Origin: Hydrolagus affinis
Taxonomy: Eukaryota
Assembly: GCA_012026655.1 (NCBI GenBank)
Contig: JAAILG010000403.1
Location: 1 to 64,000, forward strand
Direction: 5' to 3'
DNA length: 64,000 nucleotides
The position numbers and the translations under genes are program-made. The notes beneath the pieces are model-generated. The model was not told where the DNA came from. It ran no database searches and was given only the letters and a program-made list of their open reading frames with translations. Shown here piece after piece: positions 10,011-23,760 of the stretch; the stretch's first letter is position 1, and every line of letters begins with the position of its first letter.

Positions 10011-13000
10011 CCTTGCAATGAGGGACTTACATAGAGGTGTGAGTAATCTACTTCTTGTTGAGAGGTAGGCATATTTGCCAACAAATTGCATTCACTTCCA
10101 GTAATTCTGAATGAAATAATATACGTTGTTTTGGTACAAAAGTTAAAGTACATTCTGCTGGATCAGCATATGATCAGGCGAAGATCACGGTAAGATGATA
10201 ATAATAATCCTTCATTTTGATATAGCGCTTTTTACGTCTTCTAGTTGTCTCAAGATTGCCTCTGGATTTTCCTGATAGTTTCAGTGCTGTGTTTCTGAGT
10301 TTGCTTCCTGTGCCCATTTTATTAGTCTCTAGAGCTAACATCACTACATCTGTTCATTGGCTATATTTGATATAGAAACCAGCAATATCATAGAGAACAT
10401 TGAAGGGACATTTTACAGTGCAGCTCAGGCACCAAAATTCCCTCATATGTGGTAATACAGTAGCTGGTACACATTTCTATATTGATAACCATATATGTTG
10501 CATTACTAGCATCTACCCCAAGACTTTTTCGCTCTGCAGTTTGGTGATTCAGAAATTGATCCAATTCACATCGAGCGTTTCAATTGAGCAGTATCTGGAA
10601 GTACTAGGTGACAGCCTTTTCCACCAGGTATAACCGTATAACCAGCTATAACAGTAAGAAGCTATTGACTATTAGCTTTGATTTACAAAAAACTTTTTAT
10701 ATAGGGTCAGGCTGAATTTTGTTACAGCAGTCTGACATACACCACCCAATTTGGTTACCCTCTCTGTGATAGACTGAGATTTACTGGCAAATTATGGGCA
10801 AATTGGAAGACAGGGATTTGGAAGTGACATCATTATTAGACTCTTACAGCCATCAAACAGAGAAGTTCATCAGTTGCTCTGGATGGATTCTGAGTTGAAG
10901 GGATAGGGATAGTGTCCAGCAATCCAGGAAGCTTAACCTATATCACTGTTGAGATAATATCTCAAAAGTCTCTCGGGTTGTTTAATGGGGAAAGTAAGTT
11001 TACCTTAAATCAGGCAAATTTTTTCTTCCATTTGTGCCAGCTGATTTTTTAAATAAAAATTCAAGTCTCCGGAATGTCGCCAATAATCCTTTTTAACATT
11101 GAACTGAATACACATTTCTATCGATTGCCTAAAGCTTTATGGCCCGTAACTATAGCAACACCTAAGGCTGTTGAAAATTGTCACCACAATGGCTCTGTGT
11201 CTCTGGTCCCACATTCACCGCAGTGCCAAGAAACCCACTGAACAAATGGACAGCCTTACTCAAAAAAGATTCAGTAAGATTAGCCGAGAAAAGAAAGTGT
11301 GCGCAAAGAGAGCGAGAAGCTGTCATTTCCAAAGTCTAATTGCAGGCTGTACAATTGAAATGAAGGTTCAGCAGTGAGCACCTGCCACTTTAATTACAAA
11401 TGCCAGAGAATTGAGAGGACGAGAGCTGTGATTTGGTTTGAAAGCGGATGTTAACAGTCTGTTCTGTTATCCCGTACTCTGCCTTATAAAGGTAGAACCT
11501 ATTGGATTGTTATTGAAATGTTAACCCTGTTGGTGCTGGAATTCGGTGAACCTTCCAAGAGACATATTTGGATCCCATGACATAAAGTCATCCACAGTTG
11601 ACACTTTTAAAAAAAATTCCACAGGGAAGGTTGGCAAAAGTCAAAGCCTAAACTCAGGAAGTGCTTTTATGTTAAAAGGTACTTGATTTTAATTATGGTT
11701 TATTTGTTCGGTCGGGTGGCTCGCTGACACATGTTTAAGAATATCCAATCAGACTGAGAGCCACATTAGGTATGCCACATACACATGGAAATGACCCTGA
11801 GCCTGGAATAGAAAGACACACTCTTTCCACAGAGAGGTGTTCCATGCTACTTGCAAACTTGTTTCCAGAGAGTATTAGATGCAGGTTGACATGAGCCAGG
11901 GCTCTGGTGCATTATCCATTAAAATTAGCATTGGGATACTTCCTGCTGAAGTTTAACCATATAAAACTGCAATGTTTCACATTGAGAGCACTGACTAACT
12001 GCCAGGACCACCCACAGAGTGTTGGCGCAATGGTTTTAGCAGGATCTGTATGACCTTTACAACTTTCTCTCCGTAATTTTCAAAATGTTGCAGTATTCGG
12101 AAATGGCATAGGCCTTTCAGAAACCTCATTACTGTGTAAATTACTAAATATTGTGCAAAGCAATACCTGACTACTGCTCCTACTGCATTTTCTCCGGGTC
12201 TGTCTGCAAATTAGAACTAACTCTTCTAACAAATTAGAAGAGTTCACTCAAATTCAGAAACCCAATTCTCCAAGAGAAACTAAATTCCAGATTTATCAGT
12301 GGTCTGTGCTTTGACATGTAGGTTTTTACCCTACGAATGGATAACAAATTTCTACCATGTGGTTCAGAAAGCTGTTGTGGTGGAACAAAACACTGAGCAG
12401 GTTTTTCACTTGATTTATTTGGTGATCCTGCTACTGACCGCTATAAGTCACAACAGATCAAATGAGAAACTCAAAGCTCTCAAATCTCTGGATCATGAGC
12501 TGACTTCTCCTTATTCACGGTCCAGCAGTGTCTTGCATCTACCCTTTCATCAAAGTTTGCAGGGTGGAGCCCAACTAGGGATACAGTAAATGAAGTAGTC
12601 AACCAGATTGCTAGTCTTGCATCAATGTCAGAAGAAGGCCACTTGCTCTCAGATTTTATGGTGTCATTTGAACCAATAATTAGATTACAGCTTGTAATGA
12701 TTCCTTTGAATCTATTATGTTCTGTATTAACTATCTGAACCCCTTGATTGGATGAGTGCTCTGTACTGTATGTATGCATTAAACTACACAAGCTCCTTGA
12801 ATGTGTTTGTGCTGTGTAATCAGCCCTAGGTTTTCAGCACCCCATATATGTGAAGTGTTAGTATACAGTGAACTAGTACTTTTAGTATTAACATAAGTAA
12901 GTGATTGCCAATATAGAAAGTGGATGAGGGAGGTTCAAGCAATAAGCGAAAAACTGTGTAATACAATGCAAACTTAGAAACCGATGATAAAATTAACAGC

Positions 13001-13559
13001 AGTAATTTCAATTTCTACTCAAAACACCTAGAATTACACCTGATCATTACAATGTGGTTGTTTGCTGACTATACTTATGAAGGGGTAAATGGAAGCTATT
13101 TGTTCAGGTAAGTTGCCATTAAATCACAAACCATTACCCCCCACCCCCCTCCTCCCACCCGTGAAAGCAGGAACTCAGCAAACAGAAGCACAGCATTTTC
13201 CCATCATCTCTCTAGTGCTGCACAATATGCTGTGCTTCTGTATCCTACTAAAGTAATTACTTACTATAAATAAATTTGAGAGAGAATTGTGGGCAGACAG
13301 GAGGGGGAGAGAGTGATGGGCTAATATTGCTAGAGGCTAATAGTAAACATGCACACTATATTGTATTGACACCACTTGGTTATATTCTTATGTTCTTTTT
13401 AGATTGTCAAAGTCAAGGAGCTAAACACGTGAACTAGGAACATAATCAGTTCATAAAAGCCTTACAGTTCCTTTCATATTGGGTGGATGTCTCAAAGCAC
13501 TTCATAGGATATACTGTAAAGTATATGTTGTAGGCAGTTATTTACTTGCCTCAATGCAT

Positions 13560-13745
13560 TATTTGGAAGAGCAAAGCAGAGCAGCAAGAAGTTTGATAAT
13601 TCATTCACTAACTATTGATAACCACAAGAGGGAAAGGAGAATAGAAGGGTATGGGAAGAAGTAAGGAATGAGTGAAGACTTGTGTGGTGTATAAACACAC
13701 TGGAGAGGCCAAATGGTCTGTTACCTTGCTTTATATTGTTTCTTT
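13560..13745 (+). mobile_element. Degenerate CR1 3' end
   Basis: GAATAGAAGGGTATGGG..GACTTGTGTGGTGTATAAACAC..GGCCAAATGGTCTGTT. Confidence 0.55.
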
Positions 13746-13787
13746 GACCATGAGCCTTAAAGAGGGGTGTCTGTCTACCTGTTTGAT

Positions 13788-13860
13788 ACAACAACAACAA
13801 CAACAAAATTGTACTTATATAGCACCTTTCATGTTGCGAGGACGTCCCAAAGCGCTGAAC
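13788..13860 (-). mobile_element. L2-type 3' tail
   Basis: (CAA)n AATTGTACTTATATAGCACCTTTCATGTTGCGAGGACGTCCCAAAGCGCT. Confidence 0.75.
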
Positions 13861-15151
13861 AGTTTGGTGGGGGGGTGGGGAAGGGTCGCAGTAGGGGGAA
13901 GGAGAGTGTGAGAGAGGGAAGAGTTAGTGGGGCAAAATTCTCACTGGGCAGGCAGAGTGCTTGGTTTGAAAACTCTTACAGGGCCTGGTTTAATGGTGAG
14001 TTGAGGCTGTACCTGTTCCCATTCTAATCCCCACTAACAGGATTTTCAAGATAATGCTCAAATCTCTTCTTGAAAGGGGCGAAAGCCAGTTCACACAAAA
14101 GGCATGGGCAGCATTAGGGAATCTTTCATATTTTTAATACCTCAGCCTAAAACATCATTTAGATTTTAATAGCATTTAATTACATTTTTTGTATTCTCTT
14201 TTGTACCAAGCTCAATGGAATGCTCAACGTTAAGCTGTTGACTACAGAATTGATGACAAGTCTGTTTGCAGTCACATGAACTGTTCATTCCTGCTCATTT
14301 ACAGGATAGATTCTGCATTCAGCATCTTACATTGTATTCATTATAAATGTATAATATTCCCCGGTAACATTCAATTAAATAAATCCCAAGGGAGCCATTT
14401 TTGCATCAGTTTGTGTTAAGGCAATTTAGCAATAAATGAACAGTGATCCTGTCCACTACTGACAAACTGAAAAAGTCTATTTTCTGACCTGAAAACCAAA
14501 TCTGTGGGAAAATCATTTCATTATAACTGAATAACAGCATTTCTGGTGTAAATCAGCAACCATGTGACCCCACAAAGAAGCTTAACCTTGTTTTTTTCTG
14601 TATCATTTACAGCATTAACACAGTGTGCATGCCTGTGCCGTGTACTTAATCATCAACATTGATAATGCTAATGTAACCATTTATAGAATGATCCATGCTC
14701 TTCTAATCTGAGCCACCAAGCTAACCTTGCATCAGCGATTTAAATTTAAACACATTGAAGTAGCTGGAGAAAGGAGTTTGCTCTTTCATCATTGCTCTGG
14801 CAGCAGACTTTTTAAAAGGTTATCTATCTGTAAAAGTTACAAGAAAAACTCAATACAGTAATTAGTGCTCAAGACAGGTTTTGAGTAAGACATTTGTATC
14901 TAAGTCTGTCTTCTACTGAAATAGAGTTGAAAAGTAATGCCAAGAGAACACAGCAAGCTGTTATTTTATTATAAGGTTTTAAAGCGAAAGATGCTGTGTG
15001 AGGTGGAAGATATAAATTGAATGGGTTGATGAGACATGCAATACCAAAGTGCAGGATCCATCCTCCAGGACTGACCGCTACAGAGGCTGCAGGACAATAT
15101 GATATTATAGTAAATATAATTCCTCACTCCCAGTGATACTTAACAATATAA

Positions 15152-15482
15152 TAACAATCCTTGCATTTGATATAGGGCCTTTTCATATGGTTGAGATGTC
15201 TCAAGGCGCTTCACAGAATATACTGCAAAGTGGATTGACTAAGTATAATTTGTGGGCAAAACTCAATAGACAATTTCACACAGCTGTGTCCCACAAATAG
15301 TCATGGATTGAGTGATTCATTTTTAAACGTGATTATTACCCCTGGAAAGAAATCCGTCAATTGACTAACAACCAGATTTCTACTTAATGCACAAAGGCAT
15401 GTGGAGCTTGGAAACGAGCTAGGAATTGAACCAGGGTCCTCTTGTACACGAGGCAAATGTGATAGCCTCTATGCTACAGGAC
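15152..15482 (-). mobile_element. Full-length tRNA-SINE, long-centre variant
   Basis: Tail 15152-15310, extra central block (plus strand CAATTGACTAACAACCAG..GGCATGTGGAG) and tRNA-like head 15415-15482. Confidence 0.75.
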
Positions 15483-15734
15483 TCCACTTAAGCATTTTGA
15501 ATCATTCAAGCCATTAATTTTTTTTGAGAAGTTCTGTGATGTTTTAAAAACTTTTTTTGACAAAATCTCATCTGAAAAGTTTTGTTTAACAGAAGCTTTG
15601 TGAACTGTGACAGCAAAACTTGTTCTTTTTATTCTTAACATCTCAGAGGGTAGTAAAAGATTAAGTGAATTCAAAAATCAGCAAATAGAAATATCTCATT
15701 CGATGGTCCAAGATAACAATCATCTGAACAATTC

Positions 15735-15910
15735 ATAGAACATTAACGCACTGAAACATTCCTTTTTGGCCCAGCAAACCTTTGAGGGTGTGTTTATCTC
15801 CACATGAACCGTCTAATCTAATTATATTCTCCATATACTTTAATACTGCTTTTTTGAATATCTATTCTATTTCCTTTTGAAGTTATTTATTATGGATTCT
15901 GCTTCAACAT
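15735..15910 (-). mobile_element. Degenerate CR1 3' end
   Basis: CATAGAACATT..TTTGGCCCAGC..GTGTTTATCTCCACATGA..CTCCATATACTTT..TATCTATTCTATTTCCTTTTGAA..TCTGCTTC. Confidence 0.55.
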
Positions 15911-17308
15911 TGGTTTTGAAATATTTCAACTGTTGCTCAACCTATTTTTGTTCCACTACATAACTCCCCAAGTGGAACATGGAATAAGATACAAGTCAGT
16001 ATTTCATTAACTGGAGTATTTGGGCTGTTTGTGCAAAATGAAGTTTGAAAACTTCTGGGGTAAATTTATTAGCATGAATGAGTGTTCTGCAGCAAAACAA
16101 CAATGCCAGACACATAGGTTGCTAGTGTATTGATCAGAAAGATGTAAGGGAAGCTTCCCAGAGCCATTAGCTCCAGTCTTTTTCCGGTTTACTTTTGGTT
16201 TGGGATGTAAATCTACTCCCAATTTGACAGATAACACAACAAATTAACTGCACCTTCCAACACTGGTAATGATGGCCATTAAGGGATCATAACTTATTGT
16301 TTAGAGTGCTTGAATGGTATTCATGACATATCTTCATGGACAGCTGTGTTCTGCTTTTGTTACTTCCTTTAGAAATGAGCAACTATCATTTATGCTATCA
16401 TAGCAAATTACTGCCAGGCTAGATGACTATTTTATCAATTAATCAGTCAAACGTTCAGCTCAGCTTAATTTGAGCAAGGTGGTATACATCTAAATCATCA
16501 TCATTACATTCAAATGAATTTGTTGCTATTCTTGCAACAGTCCACCCTCCCTGATCCTCACCCACTGCTCGGGGCCTGACTGTTCAGTGCCGTGGGTCGT
16601 CCTACCGATGTGAAAAGTGCTATACAATGTAATTTTGTATTGTACATATGGAGCACTGCTGGTGGGGGCATTGCTGCAATATAAAATAGAGCTGCAATAT
16701 CAATTCAATATAAAAATGGTGGCTGGGGCAGGTATCAGTCCAGGGCAATGTCCTGTACTGAAAACAGCCTGAGGATTAAACATAATTGTATCTATTTAAC
16801 AGTGATTTGAGGCAATCTGAGTTCAAGTCATTTGGTTCATACAAATCCATCTTGTGCTTCATTTGTTTTGCTTGTTTGGCAACTGCTTGATGGCATTTTG
16901 GAAAAATACCAATAATCAGGCACAGAAGAGAGAAAGGTGCAGCTCTTGCCAGCATTAGCCTCATGATGATGAAAAAGGAGGTAACATTAGGAGGTAAAGG
17001 GCTCACTAATCCCAGACATTTCACTACTGTACTGACAATAGACACACTGACATTGAAAAAAAAAACTTTTAAATGAGCTATTAAACGCATTAGCAAAAAC
17101 TTTGGGAAAGCAGATTTAGAAAATGTTGGAACTTTGTTCAATCTGAAATATTCTTTTTCAGTTTGGTTTTATTCCCAAACCCAATCTTGTTCAGCACAGA
17201 TATGACTTTATGCAAGGTTACTGGTCAGTTTGTCAGCCATGCAGCCTATGTGAGCCTATTCTATACTATTGTTCATCACTACGTTGGTGTGTATTAGCTT
17301 GATTCTGT

Positions 17309-17935
17309 TAACAACAACAACTTAGATTTATATTGCGCCCTCCATGCCAGGCGGTGTCTCAGAGCGCTTCACAAGAGCGGAGCCCGGGGCCGAGACAGGA
17401 AGAGCGGGAAAGTGACCGCAGGTGTGGTTGAACAGAAAGATCTTCAGGTGCGACCTGAAAATGGAAAAGGGGTGGGGAGGCGAAGGGAATGAGGAAGGGA
17501 GTTCCAGAGCTTTGTGGTGTAGTGGCTTTAGCACGGCTGCCGATGGTGGAGCAAAAGACTTGGGGTCAGGGTGGAGGCCAAATCCAGTAGAGCGGAGGCA
17601 GCGGGTACTGCTGTGAGGAGAGAGGAGGTTAGAGAGGTAGGGGGGTGCAGAGGAGTGGAGGGATTTAAACACAAGAGTGAAGATCTTCAAGTCAATCTGC
17701 TCTGTGGCAGGGAGCCAGTGAAGTCTGGTGAGGACCAAGGTAATCGGGGAGCAAAGTTTGGTTCAGATGAGAATGCCGGCAGCAGTGTTCTGTATGAGCT
17801 GGAGTTTGTGAATTGTGGCGGAGGGGAGACCGGCAAGGAGGGGGTTGGAGTAGTCCAGCCGAGAGGTGACAAAGGCATGGACCAGGGTTTTGCCAGCTTT
17901 TGGGGTGAGATATTGGCGGAGATGTTACAGGCATT
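17309..17935 (-). mobile_element. L2 LINE 3' fragment, comparatively young
   Basis: Encodes VLTRLHWLPATEQIDLKIFTLVFKSLHSSAPPYLSNLL..FRSHLKIFLF; (TTG)n tail; CpGs partly retained. Confidence 0.92.
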
Positions 17936-17969
17936 CTCTGAAGGTGTAGGTTCAAGGTTGGAAGTTTAT

Positions 17970-18200
17970 AATCTAACATGATATTCTAGTGCAGTACTGG
18001 GATGTGTTAGCCTTTTGGAGCTGCTCCTCTTGTGAAATGGTGTTCTAGGTGAGATGTTTAAACTGATGTCACATCTGTCTGTTCAGATGGATGTTCCCAT
18101 TATGTTGTTTGAAAAGAGAAGGGGGATTCTCTCCGAAACTCCTGGAAAATCACACCACAAGGGGAGATTTAAAAGCAGACTCCTGCTTGTTCATCCCCAT
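17970..18200 (+). mobile_element. DeuSINE internal fragment
   Basis: TAGTGCAGTACTGGGATGTG..GTGAGATGTTTAAACTGA..CTGTTCAGATGGATGTT..TTTGAAAAGAGAAGGGGGATTCTCTCC. Confidence 0.65.
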
Positions 18201-21200
18201 ATATACACTAGCAAATTGAAACCAAATTGTCTTTTGTTCCAATTAATTTGACTCGCTGTTTGCTAACATTAACTGAATAAAAGCTACTAAACATCAGTTC
18301 AAAATTAAAGCCTATTCCCAACAGCCTCTTGCTCCTGTGGTAATGAAGAATTAGAGTAAACCTGCTTCTGTCAGTCAGCCACCTTGATGGCCACACACAT
18401 AGGTCAGAGTCATTGTATCGCTAGTCATTAAGGCTATTTGCCAAATAACTGCCTGTAATTTCCACCCATCTGCTAATGGCAGATTTATCACTTCTTTACT
18501 TTACAGGCAGCTGTACATTAAGGTGTTCAGTAGAACATGCAATGTAATCATTCTAATTAAACAGCTTCAGAATAGGAAATGAACCACTTGACCTTTTGTA
18601 ATGAGTCCATTTGTACTGGTGGCAGCAGAAGGAAAATGATACAAACCACCACTGAGGAATAAGATATGTTTTACAGAGGTTGAAAAATAAGTATTTCTTG
18701 AATTCACAATGATGGTAAGGGGAGAGTTCACCTGTGAAGCAGGACCAAGGCAGCAGATTTACCGCCAAAAAGTAACTTCTGCAATTGAGGAAAAGTTGCA
18801 TTGGATCTCCTGTTTGAACTGGCCATGCCAAACACATCCGTGAAACCCAGTGCTGATTTTACATTATGAAGTGTAATTCAGTGTTTAAAAGATAATCACA
18901 TGAAATTTCTGCTACTAATATTGATGTCAACAGCATGTCATACAGGATATAAAATATTTGCCAGAGAGCTTGTAAAGCAAACATTGTTTAATAATGCCGA
19001 CTTTAAAAAACAATTGAATTTAGCAACACATCTGCAGCAACAGTTGATCACAGCCAAAGAAGGTATAGGTTCAAGATCCATGTCAGAATTTAAGTTTCTA
19101 ATCTAAGATGGCACTCTAGCGCATTGTTGAAGTGAATGGCTAATTGTATGGTAATTATGCAACAATATGTTACACTATGACACAGAAAATCTAGATACTG
19201 TAGCATGACAAGTTATTGGGCTACATTGAAGACTTATTGCAAATTACTCAGCATTGCTTGAGGAAGCACAGCTGTTTATTTGTAAGCTTTGTGAATCTCA
19301 GCTTCATATTTCTGCTCACTGGACCTTCTCTGCTTTTTGGGGAAAGCCTCTACTGGTCAGCAATTAATCTGTTATTTGCATTGTTAGTCTATGCTGAGTG
19401 GCCAAAGAGAAATGAGAAGCACCCTTCACTTTGCTGTTGCAGCATTACAGTAAAACTGCATATGATTAACTCCCGGAATTCAACAGGAATTCCAGTAGCA
19501 AAGGAACAAATGACGGAAGGTATGAAACAGATAGGAATAATTGGTTCATTTTATGTGGAAATTGCTCTTACACTGACTAGGTTGTACTGGTAAAGTAGAC
19601 CGTAAACTATACCCAAGAGATTTAAATGAACCAATAATAATGATTTGTGTTGATGCTAATGGCTACCTCTAAGTGAAGTAATCTATTCAAAATAAATAAA
19701 ATAATCTCTGCATTTGATATGGCATCTTTCATATTGGGAGGACACCTTAAAGTGCTTCACAGAATTTACCGTAATTCAAGGAGTAAGTTTGTATAGTTAA
19801 TCAGAGTCAAATTATATAATAAACAAGTCAAACCATCTTTGAGCCATTTAACCTGGTCTGAGTTTGAACCAGGACCTTAAACTGAGGAAGGTGGATCTTT
19901 TATTTATGATACATGAAGCATGAATTCCGATTGTAAGTGTGTTTGATGACTCCACAGGATTTGCCTTAAAGCTGAGAAGTTTTCAACTAGCTCACTGTGA
20001 AACCAGATTGTTTGATCCAAAGTCAGACCAGTGGTAACTCTATCATCATGGACATATCTACGAAGATGTTCAACTGGCGCATTTTTACTTAATGTGTGAG
20101 GGAAAGCTTTGTACCATATTACTTATTCGTCATTCATGGGTTTATGCCAGGATGATAATGGCATTATCTAGTAGCTGAGTATTCTCATAATACATTCACA
20201 CCTTGTTACATCAAAAAATATTATGACTATTTTATATTAGTTCCATTATTTATCCTGCCTCTTTGCTCATAATCTATTCTTTCTTATTTTACCATAATCA
20301 ATTATTCATGACAATTGCAATCTATGCATTTCATACTTGTGAAGTAACCTGCTGCTTATCCTGTCTGTTTCTGTCATATAATATCATACTAATTGATATT
20401 GTCACCTGACTCATTGCTTTCTTTACGTGTGAATTGCCTATTAAAAAATTTTTATATATATTACCATGATCTGAGTGCAGCATTAATCTATTCACACTAA
20501 TTTTATAATTAGTACATGTTGCTTCTTTAGATTAAATTTATCTTCATTTGGCATGTCTGCTTTATTTCATTTTCCACTCTTGCCTCCCTTCTGTTCAGTT
20601 TTTAGAACCTCTTGCTCTTCAATGACCTCTAACATCATGTAAGAAACACTCTGACAGCTTGTTCCCAGGCCTCTACAGAATGTTTCCCAGCAACTAGGAT
20701 CTTGGAGAGGTATATCAGCTGTCAGGTAAGCACCCCAGGCATGAAATTCCACTTAGTTTCACCTTAAAATTTAAGATGGCGCAAAAGTTAGGACAATTCT
20801 TCCGTTCAGCGTCAATTTTTTTTAAAAAAACAAGCCATTTTCTATAATTTTTTCAATAAAGAACCAACTTCCAAATTAAGGATTTTCTTCTATTCTAAAT
20901 TTGTCTTAAATTTGTAAGGCAGAGGGATTTTTTAGGCTAAGACAAGTTGGAATTATTAGCCTGCGAGTCATTGCAATTCACTTCCTTGGTGGCTGAGATC
21001 AGTTCACCGTTTGGGGAAATCTCGTGCATAAAGCCTTGACCTCCCACCGCACCTCTGTGAACCAGGCTGTTGTAATTCTCGTCTCCTTTTTGTTTCCATC
21101 TTTCAATTTTTCATTCATCTGCTCACTTTCAGAGTGATAAATCTGAAATGAAAATGAGAGCTTGAGGTTAGTCAAATAACCCAGGACGATGCATGGACCT

Positions 21201-22439
21201 TTTAATGCTGCTAATAGTTTCATAGGATCAAATGAACACTGCACATTAGCATGCCACGCTTCAGCACTCCAAATTGAAAAGCGCTCTTTAAGTTGTGTCT
21301 CAGATGAGCAGTGATCCAGCCACACTGGGATAAACAGATTGTAAATGATGAGAGCTAGAGCTCAGGCCAGATCAGATAGGAAACTTAATTTCCCATCCAC
21401 TGCTGCCTGCTTCATTTCCATTCCTCTAATCCTGAACTCCCTAACCGTCATGCTCTGTCAGGCTTTGATATATTTAGCTGACTGCATAAAGTCATGGGGG
21501 CAAGCTGATGGATCTTTTCCACTTACACCTTCGACAGATCAGGCAAGAGGCCTAAGCAGGAAGAATAGATTTCACATATATATCATCATGGCAGACAGGG
21601 TATCAAGAGTCGTAATGAAATATTAGCACAACGTGCTGTGTTATTGTGTTAAATCACTTATCTGCATGGTTTGGGTGCCTTGCCCAGCAATTATAATTTG
21701 TATTTTGTGCTGATAATTGCAAGAACTTCCTTGCTCAAAAGAGTTATGGAAATTGCATTGATTTGTTAGAAATATTGCTACTGGACTGTTTTGTTTCATT
21801 GTGTCACTAGTCGCGGCACATCGAAGCAGGTTATAAATGACCTGCTGTCTGATACTACAGCTAATCATTGAACACCCAAGAAATGGAACGTATTATAATC
21901 CTAAAGGTTTAGAACAAGGACACTGGCATTAATACAGTCAATTTTACTGATGGATCGTTAAAATAGGCTTATTATTGTGGGTGTACAATGGGTGTCTGGC
22001 ATTCCATGTAACCCGATTGAAGTTTTGAACACTGTTGCCCATCACCTTCTCATTCAAATTTCAGCGTCCCTGATGACCAGACTCATAAAAAGCCTACACT
22101 GCACCCACTCCATGTTCTGAATAAATCCAAAACATCTGCACAGAATGTTTCCAGAAGTGTACAACATTTTTCTCCTGCCTGACCTGCTCATTCTGTGCAG
22201 GTCTGTCTTTTGTCTGCGGAAGTTGAAACACCACATTAACCACTACGTGTGGAGCACGCATTAGGCCATGGGAAAGCTCCACCTTGCCCTTTGGAGGCCC
22301 AGCATAAATTCTCTGAATCCTTTTCCGCTCAGCAAAGAACAAAAGTCATTATCACGAGACATCTGTTCTTGTTACAGTTGGCCATGGCTGTAACTTGTTA
22401 TGCATCTATTCCACAAAAACAAAACAAAAACACTGTCAG

Positions 22440-22592
22440 AGTAAATTAGAAGGAAGTGCACTACTCTGCTTGAAACATGTGCACTATTTGACCTGAGAGT
22501 GCTTGATGCTGTCATTGGGCACTAAATGGAAAAAAATGCTCCTTTCAGCAGCACTGCTTTCCCTTACCTTGCTGAGAAAAGCACACAAAATA
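22440..22592 (+). mobile_element. Ancient SINE 3' end, AmnSINE2/LF-SINE-like
   Basis: TACTCTGC..TGACCTGAGAGTGCTTGATGCTGTCATTGGGCACTAAATGG..CAGCACTG..CCCTTACCTTGCTGAG; similar to 25545-25682 and 41265-41330; family name from memory. Confidence 0.55.
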
Positions 22593-22829
22593 AATCAAAC
22601 TATCACTGGGAGAACCATAAGCATTACGATAATAGTACTGGGAAATTGAACCTTTCACAACTTTAATATTTATGCTGATATAAATGCGTTTCTCCCTTTC
22701 TCATTGCTGCTCTTCTCTCTTGCACTTGTGCCTTTTCTTCTGCTGGAAATTAGGTTGTTTAAAGATCCAGTTGCAAAACGCCTTTGAAACACAGTCACAT
22801 ACCCCCAAAACAACTCAGGGTGATGACAT

Positions 22830-23470
22830 GGGAACATAGAAACAGAGTAGGCCATTCAGCCCTTTGAACCTCTTCCGTCATTTAATTAAATCATGGCTGA
22901 TCTGTACCTCTCTCTACTAATCCTTTCAATTCCAATTTCTCGCTTTCTCCCCATATCCCTTAATACCCTGACCTACCAAAAATTTAACAACTTCATTCTT
23001 GAAGATGTGGTGGATCAAGCATCCATGACCTTTTGGGGGAGAGAATTTCATATTTCTACCACCCTTTGAGTGAAAAAATGCTTCCCGTTTTCACCTTTAT
23101 CTCCTTGTTTTGGATTCCCCCAACAGAGGAAATAGCTTCTTTCTATCTACCCAATCAAATGCGTTATTGTCTTCAATACCTCAATCAAATCACCCCCGCA
23201 ACCTTCTAAACTCGAGGGAATACAATCCAAGTTTATGCAGCCTTTTCTGGTAACTTAACTCTTTTAGGGCTGGTAACATTTCTGGTGAACCTGTGATGTA
23301 CCACCACTCCCCACCACCCAGGGCCAATATACCTTTCCTGAGGTGTGGTGCTTAAAACTGAATGAGTACCCCAGATGGGTGTCTGACTAACTCTCTGTAC
23401 AGCTGAAGCATCATTTCCTCCTCTCTGTATTCCAGACCCCTTGAGATAAAGGCCAACATTTCATTCCCCT
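22830..23470 (-). mobile_element. CR1 LINE 3' fragment
   Basis: Plus strand AACATAGAAACAGAGTAGGCCATTCAGCCC..TCATGGCTGATCTG; minus translation GNEMLAFISRGLEYREEEMMLQLYRELVRHP, typical of CR1 ORF2. Confidence 0.9.
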
Positions 23471-23489
23471 TTGGATATCGACCACCTAA

Positions 23490-23760
23490 CCATCTTCCTT
23501 TTAAGAACTGAAAACCTTCCCCCACCTTCTCTAGGTCACGCAAGATGGGTAAACCTTTTTCTTTAAAAAACAGAAATTTGTTTCTATATGGCTTTAAAAA
23601 CCTCCTGAAAATGTACTTCTTAGACCATGCTATGGTCACCTCCCTTCTCTGCACCCTCTTCTCTAGCAATCCCTCACTTTTCACGCAATCCCCACCAGCT
23701 GCCTCATTAAAGCATTTTGAAATGCTGCCCTGCATGACACACTTATATAGATGAAAGTAG
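23490..23760 (+). mobile_element. Old L2 3' end abutting the CR1 fragment
   Basis: CTTTAAAAACCTCCTGAAAATGTACTTCTTAGACCATGC then tail AAAGCATTTTGAAATG..TTATATAGATGAAAGT. Confidence 0.55.

Noticed and set aside
12480-12791. Overlapping open frames on both strands
   Set aside because: No recognisable domain and no convincing donor/acceptor pair
22560-22590. Apparent 4-nt minus-strand microexon (CTCAG|CAAG|GTAAGG)
   Set aside because: Falls in the 3' end of an ancient SINE relic; most likely coincidental
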